Source: the human T2T-CHM13v2.0 reference genome, Homo sapiens
Length of the DNA stretch: 64,000 nucleotides
Direction: 5' to 3' (one strand)
Assembly: GCF_009914755.1 (NCBI RefSeq)
Contig: NC_060925.1
Positions 13,179-26,689 of the stretch are shown here, one piece after another (position 1 is the first letter of the stretch; each line of letters starts with the position of its first letter). The position numbers and the translations under genes were made by a program. The notes beneath the pieces were generated by a model. It ran no database searches. It was given only the letters and a program-made list of their open reading frames with translations, and was not told where the DNA came from.

Positions 13179-14227
13179 GACTGTGGTATTACATGGTCAC
13201 TCAGGGTGAGCACCTGAGATTATACGATGAGCAACTACCTTCAGAAATAGGCATGCCACTTGTTCCTGAAAGGGGGTTTGACAAGTGGTAGAATCATAGG
13301 ACAAAAATTCATGGCAATGAGTTGCCTATTAATGCTAGCTTCAAGTTCTCAATTCTTACTTTTATTTATGTTGACTTTGTCCTTCCTTTTCTAAGCTTCT
13401 ACTGTCTGTCCTTGCTTCTTCAGCTTGTAATGCTGCTTCCCTTTAAAATATAATTTCCATGCAACATTCTAGTTGCCCCCATCATATCAAATTAATGCAA
13501 AGGCTGCTTAAGCTGCTAGGAAAATATGGGTTATTACATGCTGCTGACAACAACACTGACAGTGATGTTGAAGCGGGGACAGAGAATACCTTTAAAAATT
13601 ATTATTTATACAGAGCCAGGGAGCTCCAGAATTTGAAGTGTACTTAGCAATCCAGTTCTATTCTTTTAGTACCAATTTAAAATAAATGCTTACCATCAGC
13701 CAGTTGCTATCACTGGGAAGAAGGTAACTTGAAGTATTTACTGATAAATAGCCTTTATTCCCAATTGTGACTTTTCTTCAGTGTCTACATATTGTGTCAC
13801 ATGTTCTATTGACACTGCTGCAATATAGATCAAAGATCTTGTGGCATAGGGGTAAGGGAGTGTTAGAATCTCCCTTGTCCCATTTGTTCTGTTACTGCTT
13901 TATTGGACTGATCTACCCTCATGAACTTGCAATCACCTAAATGGAAGTTTTGAATGTGTCACTTTTTGTTTGGTTATTTCAACCATGCTGCTATATATAA
14001 TCAGGTGTGGCACAGTTTGTCAGTTTGATTCTAGGTGTGAGTGAATACAAATCATTACACTATGCTGTTAACGATACTTGTCTGCTTGCCGTTACCTACT
14101 TTTTACAGACATCATAATAAAAGCTAGACTGTTTCTTGGGGGTGGGGGAAGAGATTCATTTAATGTAATTTAAGAACTTTTCCAATAGAAACTGAAATAT
14201 TATTGAAAATAATATCTATTTTTTAGC

Positions 14228-14537
14228 TTGCAGCAATTGATGGCGCTTTGTTGTGGCGTCTGCTGAAAGTCTACTGCCATTATAGGGAACCTTGTTTGTT
14301 AGCTTCTCTAGATTTCTATTCTAAACAATCTGTAAGTGATGATAAATTCTGTAGGAGGGTCTATTCTGAGCTATTAACTTCCTGGAAGGGGAAAATGGGT
14401 GGGTTACCAGAAATACCATTGAAGCAGGGTGGGCTGTGGGTGGAGAGTTGGGTATTTGTCTTGAGAGTTAAAAACTACGAAACATTTTTGTACACAACTG
14501 ATTTTTTAAAAAATAAACACATTTTTAAAGAAAAAAA
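14228..14537 (+). pseudogene. Possible 5'-truncated processed retrocopy of an mRNA 3'UTR (parent not identified)
   Basis: Non-repeat block ending AATAAA (14512-14517), 13 nt, then a short A-run (14531-14537); weak flanking direct repeat. Confidence 0.4.
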
Positions 14538-14789
14538 TAAATCCAATTCTTTTGTTTTATATAAAAATGGAGATTGAGAATTTCCCATGATTCCTTAGCA
14601 CTATGAAAAATTGGTTAGCAAGCTCATCTAGTAAGCTCGTCTTCAGGTCAGGAGAGCTTCTGCAATGAATCCTCCAAGACTTCCTAGCCTCTACTATGGT
14701 GTTGGGGGAATAAAAAGTAATTCATCAAATGTTGTTAAATGGGTGTATGGGTAGCATTTCCCCAGGGTAATCAAGAAACTCTTTGTTTT

Positions 14790-15255
14790 TCTTCCTGGCA
14801 GATACTGCATACTGGCTGACTCAGCATCCATTCCTAACCTCATTTTCTCTCACCCACCTTGCTTATAAAGCTCAGGGAAGCTAAATATTTTCTCAGCCTC
14901 CCCTGCACTTGAAGTGACTATGTGACAGTTTTTGCCACTGAGAGGTAGGCAGCAGCCTGCATGAGCTTCCTGTGAAAGTTTTGCTTTTCTGATAGAGAGG
15001 ACAAAAAAGGCAGGTGTTTTCTTTGCTCCTTTTCCTGCCCGGAGGGTGAATGTGTTGGCCGCACCTACATAAGCCTTCTTGTGCCCATAAGGGAAAGTCT
15101 GAGAGAATCACAGAGATGCTGGCCCTGACATTGTAAAGCTGTCAAGCCATCAACATCATCTACCTCCTGATTTCTTATTATGTCAGAAAAACAAGCCCCT
15201 ATTTGTTGAAGCCACTGAACTTCTATTACTTGCTCCTAAGTGCTTTTCTAATATG
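14790..15255 (+). mobile_element. LTR33-like ERVL solo LTR
   Basis: gagaatcacagagatgctggccctgacattg...tacctcctgatttcttattatgtcagaaaaacaagcccctatttgttgaagccactg. Confidence 0.7.
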
Positions 15256-15339
15256 TGCTTTATTCTAGCTGCAGAACCTTTCTAAGGTCATTGCCCAAAA
15301 CAGGAAGGACAGGTTTATGTTTATCACATATAACAAATG

Positions 15340-15630
15340 TGGACATCATTACCATAATATTTATTTTGTAAGTTTAGTTTTGTAACGTTTTCTTGTCACC
15401 AAGTCAATCTATAAGAAAAATAAAAAGATTGCTTCAATGAATACATAAAATTTGAAAACAAGAGAGACCAATGACTGTTGAAGTCTTATATCAGCCTTAT
15501 CATTCAGCATGTTTCTTGATTTTGCTTTGGTTGCACAGTTATTGAGAAAGCCTAATTCATGCATATGAGTAGTTGCAAATAGAAGAGTTAGTATGCCCTG
15601 CAATTACAGGTCAGAAAGTTTGAGAGAGGA
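15340..15630 (-). mobile_element. hAT-Charlie transposon remnant with transposase C-terminal dimerisation motif
   Basis: ORF 15409-15603 reads LLFATTHMHELGF...TKAKSRNML..ADIRLQ, resembling hAT LLPFATTYLCESGFS...TKTKYRNRL..DMRLQL. Confidence 0.7.
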
Positions 15631-15779
15631 GTGTTTGGATGGCTTTCTTTCAAAGTGGACTCAATAATAGCATGTAAGACCTGTTCTCATTCCTTAGCTG
15701 GCCAATGACCAGCATGGATCCAGAGTCAATAAACAGGTTATTCAATGAAGCAAATCTTCATTGTTCAAAGGAAAATACA

Positions 15780-16000
15780 CTGTAGTCAATAAGAGTTCAG
15801 ATCCTGGAGGCAAGTTTGGGTTTAAATCCTGGGACTACCACTTGCTGGCTGAGTACCTCAGTCCTGGTGTTCTCATCTATTAAATGGGCACATTAATAGT
15901 ACCTACCTTATAGGATTATTGGGTGGTTTAAATCATTCAATACAGGTAAGGCCTTAGAACAGCTTTGGGCACACAGTAACAACCAATTGTTAGCAATTAT
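15780..16000 (+). mobile_element. MIR
   Basis: tgggtttaaatcctgg...ctcatctattaaatggg...taatagtacctaccttatagg. Confidence 0.7.
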
Positions 16001-16480
16001 GAGATGTTCAGTGATATCCCCAATCCCCCATGGCCAGTCTCTGTCAGATGTTTGCTCAAATATTGTTCTCAAACTCATGGACTGAGACCTCCCTCCTTTT
16101 AATAATAAACTAATTTATTTTGCTTGGAAAACTGAATACATATTTTAGAAATAAAGTCTTTGCTCACCAATTATATAGAATTAACCCAGAAGGTTCACTT
16201 TGCCAAAGTGAGCTTATTTAGCTTTTTTAAAAAAGAAATATTTAAATCATGCAATAGATTCTAAAAGTGTGACTAATATGACATTATCTCTCCATCACAA
16301 AACTTGTTCAATTGTTATTTTAATACCGATTATTGTACCATGATTACACAAGGTGCTAAGCAAAAGTATATTTTACTTGACGTTGAATTTCATAGGGCCT
16401 CTGTATGCTATGTTTGATACTCATGTGTATAATTTTATGTAAATAGAGATAGGGAGGGCTACATTAAAAAATAACAATAA

Positions 16481-16766
16481 GAGGCTGAAGAAACGCTCGA
16501 AGCCAGGGGTTCAAGACCAGCCTAGGCAACATAGGGAGACCCTATCTTTACAATTTTTTTTTTAGAAAATTAGCCAGGCATGGTGGTATGTGCCTGTGGT
16601 CCTAGTTACTCAGGAGGCTGAGATGGGAGAATGGCATGAGCCTAGGAGTTTAAGGCTACAGTGAGTTATGACTGGGCCACTGCAGTACAAAGGACAGCCT
16701 GGTGCCAAAGTGAGACCCTGTCTCTCAAAGACAAAAGACACCCAAAACAATAACAAAAATAATAAT
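16481..16766 (+). mobile_element. AluJ, 5'-truncated
   Basis: gttcaagaccagcctaggcaacatagggagaccc; J-type right arm. Confidence 0.85.
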
Positions 16767-17202
16767 AGGGAAAGGACCCGTACAGAGCTACTATGTTCTG
16801 AATCAATGAACATTTACAAAACAATTATGGCAAGAGCTATATACAAAGAAGCATGTAAAACTGGAAGTACAATTTAATATAATAGTTGTCTCCAATATGT
16901 AAACATTTGATGTGTAAAACATCTAACTGTGAATCGTTTTTTAAATTGAAGAATGTTTAATTGTAAAACAATATTCTAAATAAACTTGAATCAAATATTC
17001 ATAGGTTCGTAGAGCATCCCTACATAGTTATAGAGGTCCATTGATCAGAGCTTAAAAATCCCCTAAATAATTATCCAAAAATCCCTTCTGAAATTTACCA
17101 TTTGGGGTTAGATAGGTTAACATGTGAGACCTAACTGAAATCTTCCTATCTTGATCATTTACCTGGCTACACTGGCTCTTCATTCTCTATAAGGTGGGTT
17201 TA

Positions 17203-17421
<219 letters not shown>

Positions 17422-17499
17422 TTATTTTACTTGAAGTCATTCCACAGAAGGTGATTCCATGGCATGGGCTTATACTCATTAGAATGTTTCTGCCAACAA

Positions 17500-18030
17500 C
17501 TATCAACTCCTTTTGAAGTGGCTGAAACAATGAGGGAATTAACTATTTCACATAATATGGTGTTTCAAAGGAGGCGAGTTCCAGGGATGCTTAATTCACC
17601 AAGGAGCCAGGGTCTTTCTATGCTTTTGCTTGGCCATCTTCACCACATCAGCTGTTTTCCCTCATGACTGCAAGATGGCTGCCAGAGCTCTGGTGATTAT
17701 ATCTGTGTGCAAATACATTCAGAGGCAGAAAAGAAAACTCTATATTTCTTATAGTTCTTTTGAGAGCTAATAACATTTCCCAGAAGTATCCGCAGAAGAG
17801 TTATCCTCCAATTTCATTGACCAGAATTGAGTTGCATGTTCCTTCTTAAACCAATTGCTAGCAAGGGGAATAAAATTACTGTCATTGGTCAGATTACCAA
17901 GATTGATATGCTAAGACTGAGAATAAGGCCAAATTCTGGAAAGTCCATGGCCCCACTGAGGAATGTTCATGTTGGGAAAAACTGAGGTTCTGGGTGGGAA
18001 ACCAAGAGTACCTGTTAAAGAGGCTAGAGA
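17500..18030 (-). mobile_element. MLT1 (K/L-like) MaLR LTR
   Basis: caagatggctgcc...ttcattgaccagaattgagttgcatg...aaaccaattgctagcaaggggaa. Confidence 0.6.
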
Positions 18031-18401
18031 ATCATATTCTAAAGAGGCCCCTAAGAAAATTTATCTCCTGCCCCTGCCTGCCTACCATCTCGCCTCCTCA
18101 GGCTGTGTGAGAAGGGGAGGAAGAGACACAGGGAACAGTGAGGACAAGAGAGAGTGAGGTTGTGTCTATGCAGAGCCAAAACGTTCCAATACAAATGAAG
18201 AATCAATTGAGCTGAATGTTTATGCAACCAAATGCCAAATACATTGGTGTAGTTATAAAGGGATTAGTTTGGAAGTTATTAAACTTTGTCTCACAGTTTA
18301 ATTTTGGTTTGTCATGGCACTGGTGTATATATAGGGCAGGAGACACCATTTCCTTTTATCCTTTTATAGGTGCTGTTTAATTTCCTGCATGCCATGAAAT
18401 C

Positions 18402-18716
18402 TTTTTTTTTTTTTTTTTTTTTTTTTTTGAGACGCAGTTTCACTCTTGTTGCCCAGGCTGGAGTGCAATGGCGCAATCTCGGCTCACTGCAACCTCTGCC
18501 TCGCTTGAGGCAGGTTCAAGCGATTCTCCTGCCTCAGCCTCTCTAGTAGCTGGGATTACAGGCATGCGCCACCATGCCCGGCTTATTTTTTATTTTTAGT
18601 AGAGATGAGGTTTCTCCATGTTGGTCAGGCTGGTCTTGAACTCCAATCTCAGGAGATCTGCCCACCTCGGCCTCCCAAAGTTCTGGGATTATAGGCGTGA
18701 GCCACCGCGCCTGGCC
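18402..18716 (-). mobile_element. AluSp
   Basis: tttctccatgttggtcaggc and ctcttgttgccc diagnostics; T27 tail; TSD gccatgaaa at 18391-18399 and 18717-18725. Confidence 0.95.
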
Positions 18717-18729
18717 GCCATGAAAACTT

Positions 18730-18875
18730 TAATGAATCTGCACAAACTATGGACTTAATTACCAGAAAAGATCACACATGCACTTGTGCAAATTCTGCAT
18801 GTGATTTTGGGAGGTTCACAGATTGTTCACAGATACATTGACACCCCCTCATGAGCTTCAAGTAATAGCCCTCTG
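18730..18875. mobile_element. hAT-Charlie MITE fragment (MER103-like)
   Basis: gaatctgcacaaactatggac...ccagaaaagatcacacat...gggaggttcaca. Confidence 0.45.
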
Positions 18876-20451
18876 ATACCCTTGATTGGTATAGTGAAAA
18901 AAATAATGCATGAGGAGATAAAACAGTAAGATTAGGAAATCTCTGATGGCCACTTGTTAGCTCTGTGGCCTCATTTGAATTTTTTAAGGCTTTAGTTTTA
19001 CCTCTATAAAATGGATTTTACGAGTTATTTTAAGAACTGAGTGAGTTATGTGTAAAATTCTTTTAAATTATGTAGCACTTTACAAATGTTGATTTAAAAA
19101 TTTAATTGCCAATTTATCCAAACTGCATGATACTTCTTACTTCCCAGTTGAATTTACTTAGTTTTTGAATTTAAAATTGTGCACCCCATGAAGATATGCC
19201 TCAGAGTATATTTTGAGGATTCAAACAGAAGAAGGTTCCTTTCTCCATAAGCGAATATTGTCCTTAAATTCATAGACTGAGCACTGCCTCTTTTTGGAGC
19301 AGCTTGTTTGAAAAGAGGCACCAATGGAGGAAGAGAGAATGAAACAGTCTTCTAGACACTCTTGCCCTCTGTCTGACCCACCTGTGTGACCCCCTCCACA
19401 CCCTCCCATTGGCCCTATTCCAGTCCTTTGACCATGGTCCCCTGTGTGGCTCCACTTTAAGTCCTTCACATCCTTTGAGGCAGGTACACCTGCTCCAGCT
19501 CTTCTCTTGCTCTTCACCTCATTCACCTCATACCCTTCCCCATCTTTACCTGCTCTCAGGGTAAGAGGTTGCTCTTCCTCTCTTGTTTCTCAGATTTTCA
19601 TAACATTCTTGCCTTTTCATGCCCAACAACCTTGGTAGCCACCCCTCCACCACTGAATGGCAAATGCCCATTAGACTTCCCCAAGGATCAATCAACAAAG
19701 AGTGATCAGGGCGATGGTCATCCTGGGCACTGAGGTCTGGAGTAAGCCGACCTCACTCCTGTCTTACAGAGGATGCAGTCAGTGCATGGAGATCTTCCTG
19801 CTTCTCTCAGTACAAGCAGACAGCTGACTTGGGGGATTGGGAGATTTCACTGGGAGAAAATCAGATTTTGTTGATTGATGGGGGACATCAGGACTGTATT
19901 CACACACCATTAGTGAAACAACTAAAACTTACTAACAGTGAGGCAGAAAAGAAAGTCTCCTCAGATCTGGCAAAGCTATAATGGTGCTACTGACAGCACA
20001 GCTGTTCCCTGGGGTTTGGGGCTCTTATTTCTCTGAGATGTGCTGGACCCATGCTGCCTATGGGACAACAGTCTACATGTGGGCGCTCAGCCCTGCTGGA
20101 AATGGCAGCTTCTCTGCATTCTGTATTTCCACGAGCACAGCACACTCCTCCATGATTGAAGTCTGCAGGTTGCAGGGATGTGGGGGAAGTATCCAGTTCC
20201 CAGCTTCTTTCATAGCCATCAATGCCCAGCCCTGCACATATAAAAATAAGATCCTCCCAATTCAAGCGTTTTTCTCACCCCTTCAATACTCAGGCCGCTG
20301 CTACATGCCCCTGCAAAAGGTAGAGAAACTCATGCCAAGTGATCCTAAGGGTTTCCCAGCCATCTGGAGGTAGCTGATATGAGGAAGAGGTTTTAGGTTA
20401 GAGGCAGACCAACCAGACCATGCAAGGCCCAGGGGCGAGGGCAGTTGGTAG

Positions 20452-20968
<517 letters not shown>

Positions 20969-21639
20969 TCAGACTGCTGTTTCTGATGAAAATGGCTTGC
21001 CTTCTCAGTGAGTCTGCTCAGGGTCCCCTTTAGATTCATAGTGTCTAGGGAAGGGAAGAAGAAAGATCTGCTGCAAATGGGGCATCCCTTCCTACCTCAT
21101 CCCATTGCCTCCTGACTTAATGGATGGTTTTCTGGGAACGTGTTGCTTCCCTGGCTTATGGCTACATAAATGCACAGATTATTATTTTATCAGCCACATT
21201 CATCTTCAGAGTCATTTTCATGAGCAGCACACAGAGCCCTTGCAGACTCTGCTCTGGGCCATCACTGAATGTCCCTCTGCTCATCTCTTTCTCCAAGTCT
21301 TTGTTTTTGTCCTAGATTTGAGATGAACTGAAAGTGTTCAGTTACCTTCAGCAGTCTTCTGGACTTAACTTTCGAGGGAACTTCTCATTATTGCTTTGCT
21401 TGTTCTTTTCTATATTCATTTGGGGGTTTGGGTTTGGGAGTGGGTTGGCCTTTTGTGGCTGTAGTGAGTTTCCTTTCTTCCATTTCTGCTTCATTTTTGT
21501 GTGTTTTGATTTAATGTGCCCAACACAAAAGCATCACTAAAACTTCTACTTTATGATGATCTTACTTAGTTTTCCAGTTATCCTTCTTTGCTTGCCCCCC
21601 TCAACTATGAGGACATTTTCGGGTTTGTTTAGTTCTTGA

Positions 21640-22700
21640 GGTATGAATATGGTTTAGGAGTCACAAAGCCTGTCTGTGTTCAGGACCCTCTGCTGCCTGC
21701 CGCTAGCTGTGTGACTCTCAGTTAACTTTTTGGAATATCTGTTCCTTCTGCAAGGTAGTGAGAATAAAAGCATCTCTCTTTTCTCTCATGGAGGCATATT
21801 TTGAAGATGAAATGAGGTAATGGATAAATAAAAGCACTACAAACTAGAATAAACATCACATTATATTTCCATGTAACAAGTGTTACTCTGTGCCAGACAT
21901 CAGGCAAAATTCTTTATATATTACTTTGTTTCATCCTCATCTGACAATGCAGTAGGAGATGATGTGATTACTATCCACGTAATATCACATGAGTAACTTG
22001 AGCCTTAGAGAGGTTAAGTAATTGGCCTGAAACCATACAGTATGGAAAAGGTGAAAAAACAGGATTTGAACCAAGTCTTTCTGGCTCCAGACTGTGAACT
22101 CTTAACCACAGCACCATCCTGACGCCACGCAAACCCAAAGTACCATCATTCAACTAGATGCTGGTGGTTTCTGCATTATTACACTACAAGAAACCCAGTG
22201 ACTGGAAACAATAAAATTCATAGAATGCTCTGTAAGGGATTATTCATTGCATGGTGGTCTGGAGAGAAATCACTTGTCAAACTTTTGCTTCAGTTTCCAG
22301 AATCAAAACTCATGCCAGTAACCAATGGGGCAGTATGGTGCAGAGATAATTAACATCCTTGTCTACAATAAGAGAAAGCAAACAGTGACTTTAGGCAAGT
22401 TGGCCTCTCTGGTCTTCTATCATCCTCGTTGTGAAGAGAAGGAGTTTGGACAAGCAAATCATTAAGATCTCTGTAGGTCACAACAATAATAATAGTTAAC
22501 ATTAATCAAGTCATTACTAAGGGCCAGGACTTTTTCTAAGTGCCTTATGTTCAGTCTTATATAATTCCCACAACAGGAGGTAGGTGCTAGTGTTATCATT
22601 CTCTTTTTGGAGGTGAGAAAACTGAGGAACAAGGTAATTTGCCCAACGTCACATAAAGAGCAGGAACAGAGTTGAGAAACCATACATTTAACCACACAAT
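21640..22700. mobile_element. Cluster of MIR fragments (+ ~21640-21850, - ~21860-22120, - ~22480-22700)
   Basis: ctagctgtgtgac; agagaggttaagtaattggcc...ggatttgaaccaagtc; gagaaaactgagg...tgcccaacgtcaca. Confidence 0.7.
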
Positions 22701-24169
22701 GATCTTTCTTCTGTAACTGATAGGATTTATATTATTGGTTGCCTTGAATGAATGGCAACTAAAAGTAACCGCATTTGATTACTTCTTTGTTAGCCTGCCT
22801 AGTTTTTTCCTTCTGTAGATAGAAAATAGAGTATGTCTTTTAAGACTCTATCATAATGGCTAAGGCATAGTAAGATCTCAATAAGTATTTGCTTATCTGA
22901 TTTTTTATTGTTTTTAAATGGTATGAAAAAGACATGAAAACAAACAAAAATAAACCAAGAAGAAGGAGAAAAGAATGAGGCTGCGTAACTAGAGAAACAA
23001 TCTGACTCCTGCCTCCTAATATGAACTTAACCAGAGAATAATTCAAAGATGAAATGCAATATGAGCCCATACACCTCTCATCCACACTGAAACAACAACA
23101 ACAAAAATTAGCCTGGTTGCAGAAACTCCATTATTGACTTTGGCAGTGCTCTCCCCATCTCTTTGTGCCAATAAAGTTATTAGAATTGAATTGAGAGAGG
23201 CAGATACACAAGGAGGGCTGAGATAAAGATGCTGAGCAGTTGAAATCAGTGGCTCATGGAGCTGATCCCCTGCCAAAGACTACAACTCCTGGGAGGAATC
23301 CACCACTCTGGCAGTGACCAGGCACTGCGGAAGCTGCTGGTCAGGTTTCTGGAGGGAACTCCCAGGTAGCTGGGGACTGACAGCTGTGGGAAGACAGAAA
23401 AGAGCACCATTCCCATTACCAAGAACCAGACAGGCCAGCACTCCCCAGGCTTCAGAACAGTGTGGCTTTGCTAGTCTCACCATCCTCCCCAGGCTGTCAA
23501 AGCGGGGAGAGGAGGCAGAGAGGAACGGTGGGAGAGAACATAGTGTGATTCACAATCTGTTTGTGACAGGAAGAAAAAGTGGCTTAATAACCCACAGCCA
23601 GATTAATGGAATATTCCTTCTCTTCCCTGGCAGGGTTGGTCCTTTGGTGCCATCACCCATAAAACAGACGGCCGCCAGAGGAGCCATGGAGCTAATTAAC
23701 AAATCTGCCCCCAAGTGTGCCAAAACCCATTCCACTGGAACTGCAAATATTTAAAGTGTTTAGACACTGGTTTAATGAGAAAAACACTAGTATGTTCTAG
23801 AAGCCATTGTGACTACTTGGCATCTTCTAGCCACTTACACCTTCTCAATCAGCTGCCTCTCCACCCTCTCCTACATAGGTCCTGAGTGTCTTCCTTTCAT
23901 TCTTGTTCTCAATCATCTGCCCACCAACCTTGAAGCATCAAAGCCACCATTTAAAGTTTGCGTCCGAACCTTTGAGAATGCTTACTCCTTTGTGAATCTG
24001 TATGAAGAAGATCCCGGCAAGGATATGGACTTTAGTTGTGTGTATATTTGTTTCTCTGTGTGCATATTTTATACAACAATATTAATAGTAACCAACATCT
24101 GTTGAGCATATGGTATGTGTTATGCACTATTTTAAGCACGTGGAGTGCTTAGGCAATCTGTATAGCCCA

Positions 24170-25290
24170 AGAGGGACAAACCTAAGAATACTGACATAAG
24201 AGGTTCTCCAATAACCCTAGCCAAAGCTCCACCCACTTGCCCAGAGATTTTAATCAGCATAAGAGCATCCAATCAGATTAAAAAATCCATACTCTTAATC
24301 ATGATAAGGTATCCCAATATTACCAAACACCTGAAGAAAGCTAATATTGTGGATGACAAACAGCAAAACAAGCAACAAACAGCATTGTGTGGGGGAATAA
24401 GAATATGCAGGGAGAGGAGAATGAAAGTGCATGTATATATTATTTCTTTACAGAGATAAGAGAAGATAATATATCCCAGAAAAGAGAACAGGACAAAACA
24501 AAAAAGGAACATTCAGAGGCCAAAATTGGATTCTTGGAAATTAAAACCATGATAGTAGAAATGGAAAAACTCAGTAGTAAATCTTCCAAAAAGTAGAGCA
24601 AAAAGTCAAAGAGATAGAAAATTGGAGAGAAAATAAAACAAAATGAGAAGACTGGTCCAAGAAGTTCAATATTTAAATAATAGGAGTTCAGAGACAGAGA
24701 AGAAAGAAAACAGAAAGGGGGAAACCATAAACTGGTTCAACAAAATTTCCCAGAGATAAAAGACAAAATTTTTAAGTTTCCAGGAATACATGAAATGCCC
24801 AACACAACAAATAAAAACAAATCCACATTTAGCCACCTAGTTGGAAAATTAAAAAAAAAAAAAGAAAACTTGCTGGGGGGAAGCAAGTCTATAAGAGTTC
24901 AGAGCATCACAAGTCACATACAAAGGAGCAGAAGTTAAAGTGAATTTGGGCTTCTCAATAGCATCAGTGGAAATTGAGGCAATATAGTCAAAGTTCTGAA
25001 AGGAAATGCTCTCCAACTTGGAATTTTGTACCTAGCCAAATTATCAAATAAGTGTGATGATAAAATAACACACTTTTAAATATGCAAAGTCTCAAAAATT
25101 TATTTTCCATGCAACCTTTCTCAATAAAGGGGAAGATATAACAAAAGCAGAAATTTAAACACAGAAGAGAAGTAAAAGGTATTTTCCAAAAGATAGTGAA
25201 AAAAGATCCCAGAATGATAGTGTACACCAACCATAGAGGCTAACAACCCAGACTGGCACAACACCAGTCAAGAAACAGATATGTTGGAGG
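24170..25290 (+). mobile_element. HAL1-like (ORF1-only L1 relative) remnant
   Basis: A-rich ORF1-like sequence: ttcttggaaattaaaaccatgatagtagaaat, aataataggagttc, aaaatttcccagag, gatcccagaatgatag. Confidence 0.6.
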
Positions 25291-25344
25291 CTTTCATCTC
25301 TGAAATGCTAGGAGTCACTGTATTGTCTTTTCCCTGATCTTTCA

Positions 25345-25666
25345 TTTTTGTTTTGAGAGACAGGGTCTTGCTCTGTGTTTTGAGAGACAGGGTCTTGCTC
25401 TGTTACCCAGGCTGGAGTGTAGTGGTGCTAGTGTAGCTCACTATAACCTTGAACTCCTGGGCTCAAGCAATCCTCCTGCCTCAGCATCCTGAGTAACTGG
25501 GGCTACAGGTGCACACCACCGTGCCTGGCTAATTTTTCAATTTTTTTCTAGAGGTGGGATCTCACTATGTTGCCTAAACCGGTCTCGAACTCCTGGCCTC
25601 AAGCAATTCTCCCACCTTGACCTCCCAAAGGGATGGAATTACAAGTGTGAGCCACAGCACCCAGCC
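25345..25666 (-). mobile_element. AluJ with a 27-bp tandem duplication
   Basis: J-type antisense dimer; TSD tgtattgtctttt at 25319-25331 and 25667-25679. Confidence 0.9.
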
Positions 25667-26689
25667 TGTATTGTCTTTTAAACCTGTGCACAGAGCACCC
25701 AGGTAAGCTTGGCCCTCCTTATTCTTCACCATGTGCCACTCTCTACCCATTGCTTTCTATCTGGGTCAGCTCCTTTCACCCTCACAGAAGAACTCTGCTG
25801 TGAGTGGATGTGGGCCAAAATGAACTTAGAAGAAGAATATATAAGGAAGGTCATTTTCTTTGATATTTTTTCCTATAGGAAGGCCATAGAAGCTGGCACA
25901 CACAAAAATAGTAAAGAGATCTGGAAGGAAAATGAGATGACAACTCTGCTACAATAACCAATAATATCTGCTGTAGCCTACAATTGGTATGAAACTCTTC
26001 AGCATCTGGAAGTAAAGGAACTCACTTTTAAGTGTTCATATTTTACTCCTACTCCCTTCCAAGTCATGTTAGCTAAGGATGCTCTATTCTCGGATTCCAA
26101 GGTCACATTCACACACTCAGCCTCTGCCCCAGAGGCTGCTGCCATTGGTCCAGAGAGGCTCCTGCCCTCAAGTGCTCACTGTGCCAGAACCAGCACTCTA
26201 GGGAACCATCTAGGCCTAGCATTGAGCTCAATGAGGTTGGGCCCTTTCCTGCCAGCCAGCATCATTCTGGAAAACTTATTGAGATTTTACAATCAGAAAG
26301 ACTGTAAACATGTCAGGGTCTAGGACTTCAAGGTTCCAAGAGATTCTCTAACTGTAAGCAATTTGACCCAATTTCTCTGTAAGGGTGTTTGGAAGGGTAG
26401 GCTTTGTGAAGTCCAAAAAAGTTCCTGACACTTGTTTTTCCCTCTAGATAATGGGTACTTCCGATGTTTACATTGAGAGATCACCCACATGATTTGAGAA
26501 CAAAGATCTGCCCTCACGTGACCTGCTGCCTCCACTCAGACAGAAAACTTGTTTTCTGCTTGTTTTAAATGGCAGCTTCTTCTGTTAAAGTTCCACATAA
26601 CTTGGTAGCCCCCTTCCCTGGTACAAACACTTTCAATTACATGTGAGACTTTTCTATTCCACATCACTGTTCTTTGTGTCCAGGTCTTT

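Noticed and set aside
23669-23686. CTCF-like ggccgccagaggagcc
   Set aside because: Lacks the GGC core at the expected positions; too weak without ChIP data.
23314-23754. 146-aa ORF over the motif-rich block
   Set aside because: GTG start and no protein similarity that I recognise; a non-coding regulatory reading fits better.
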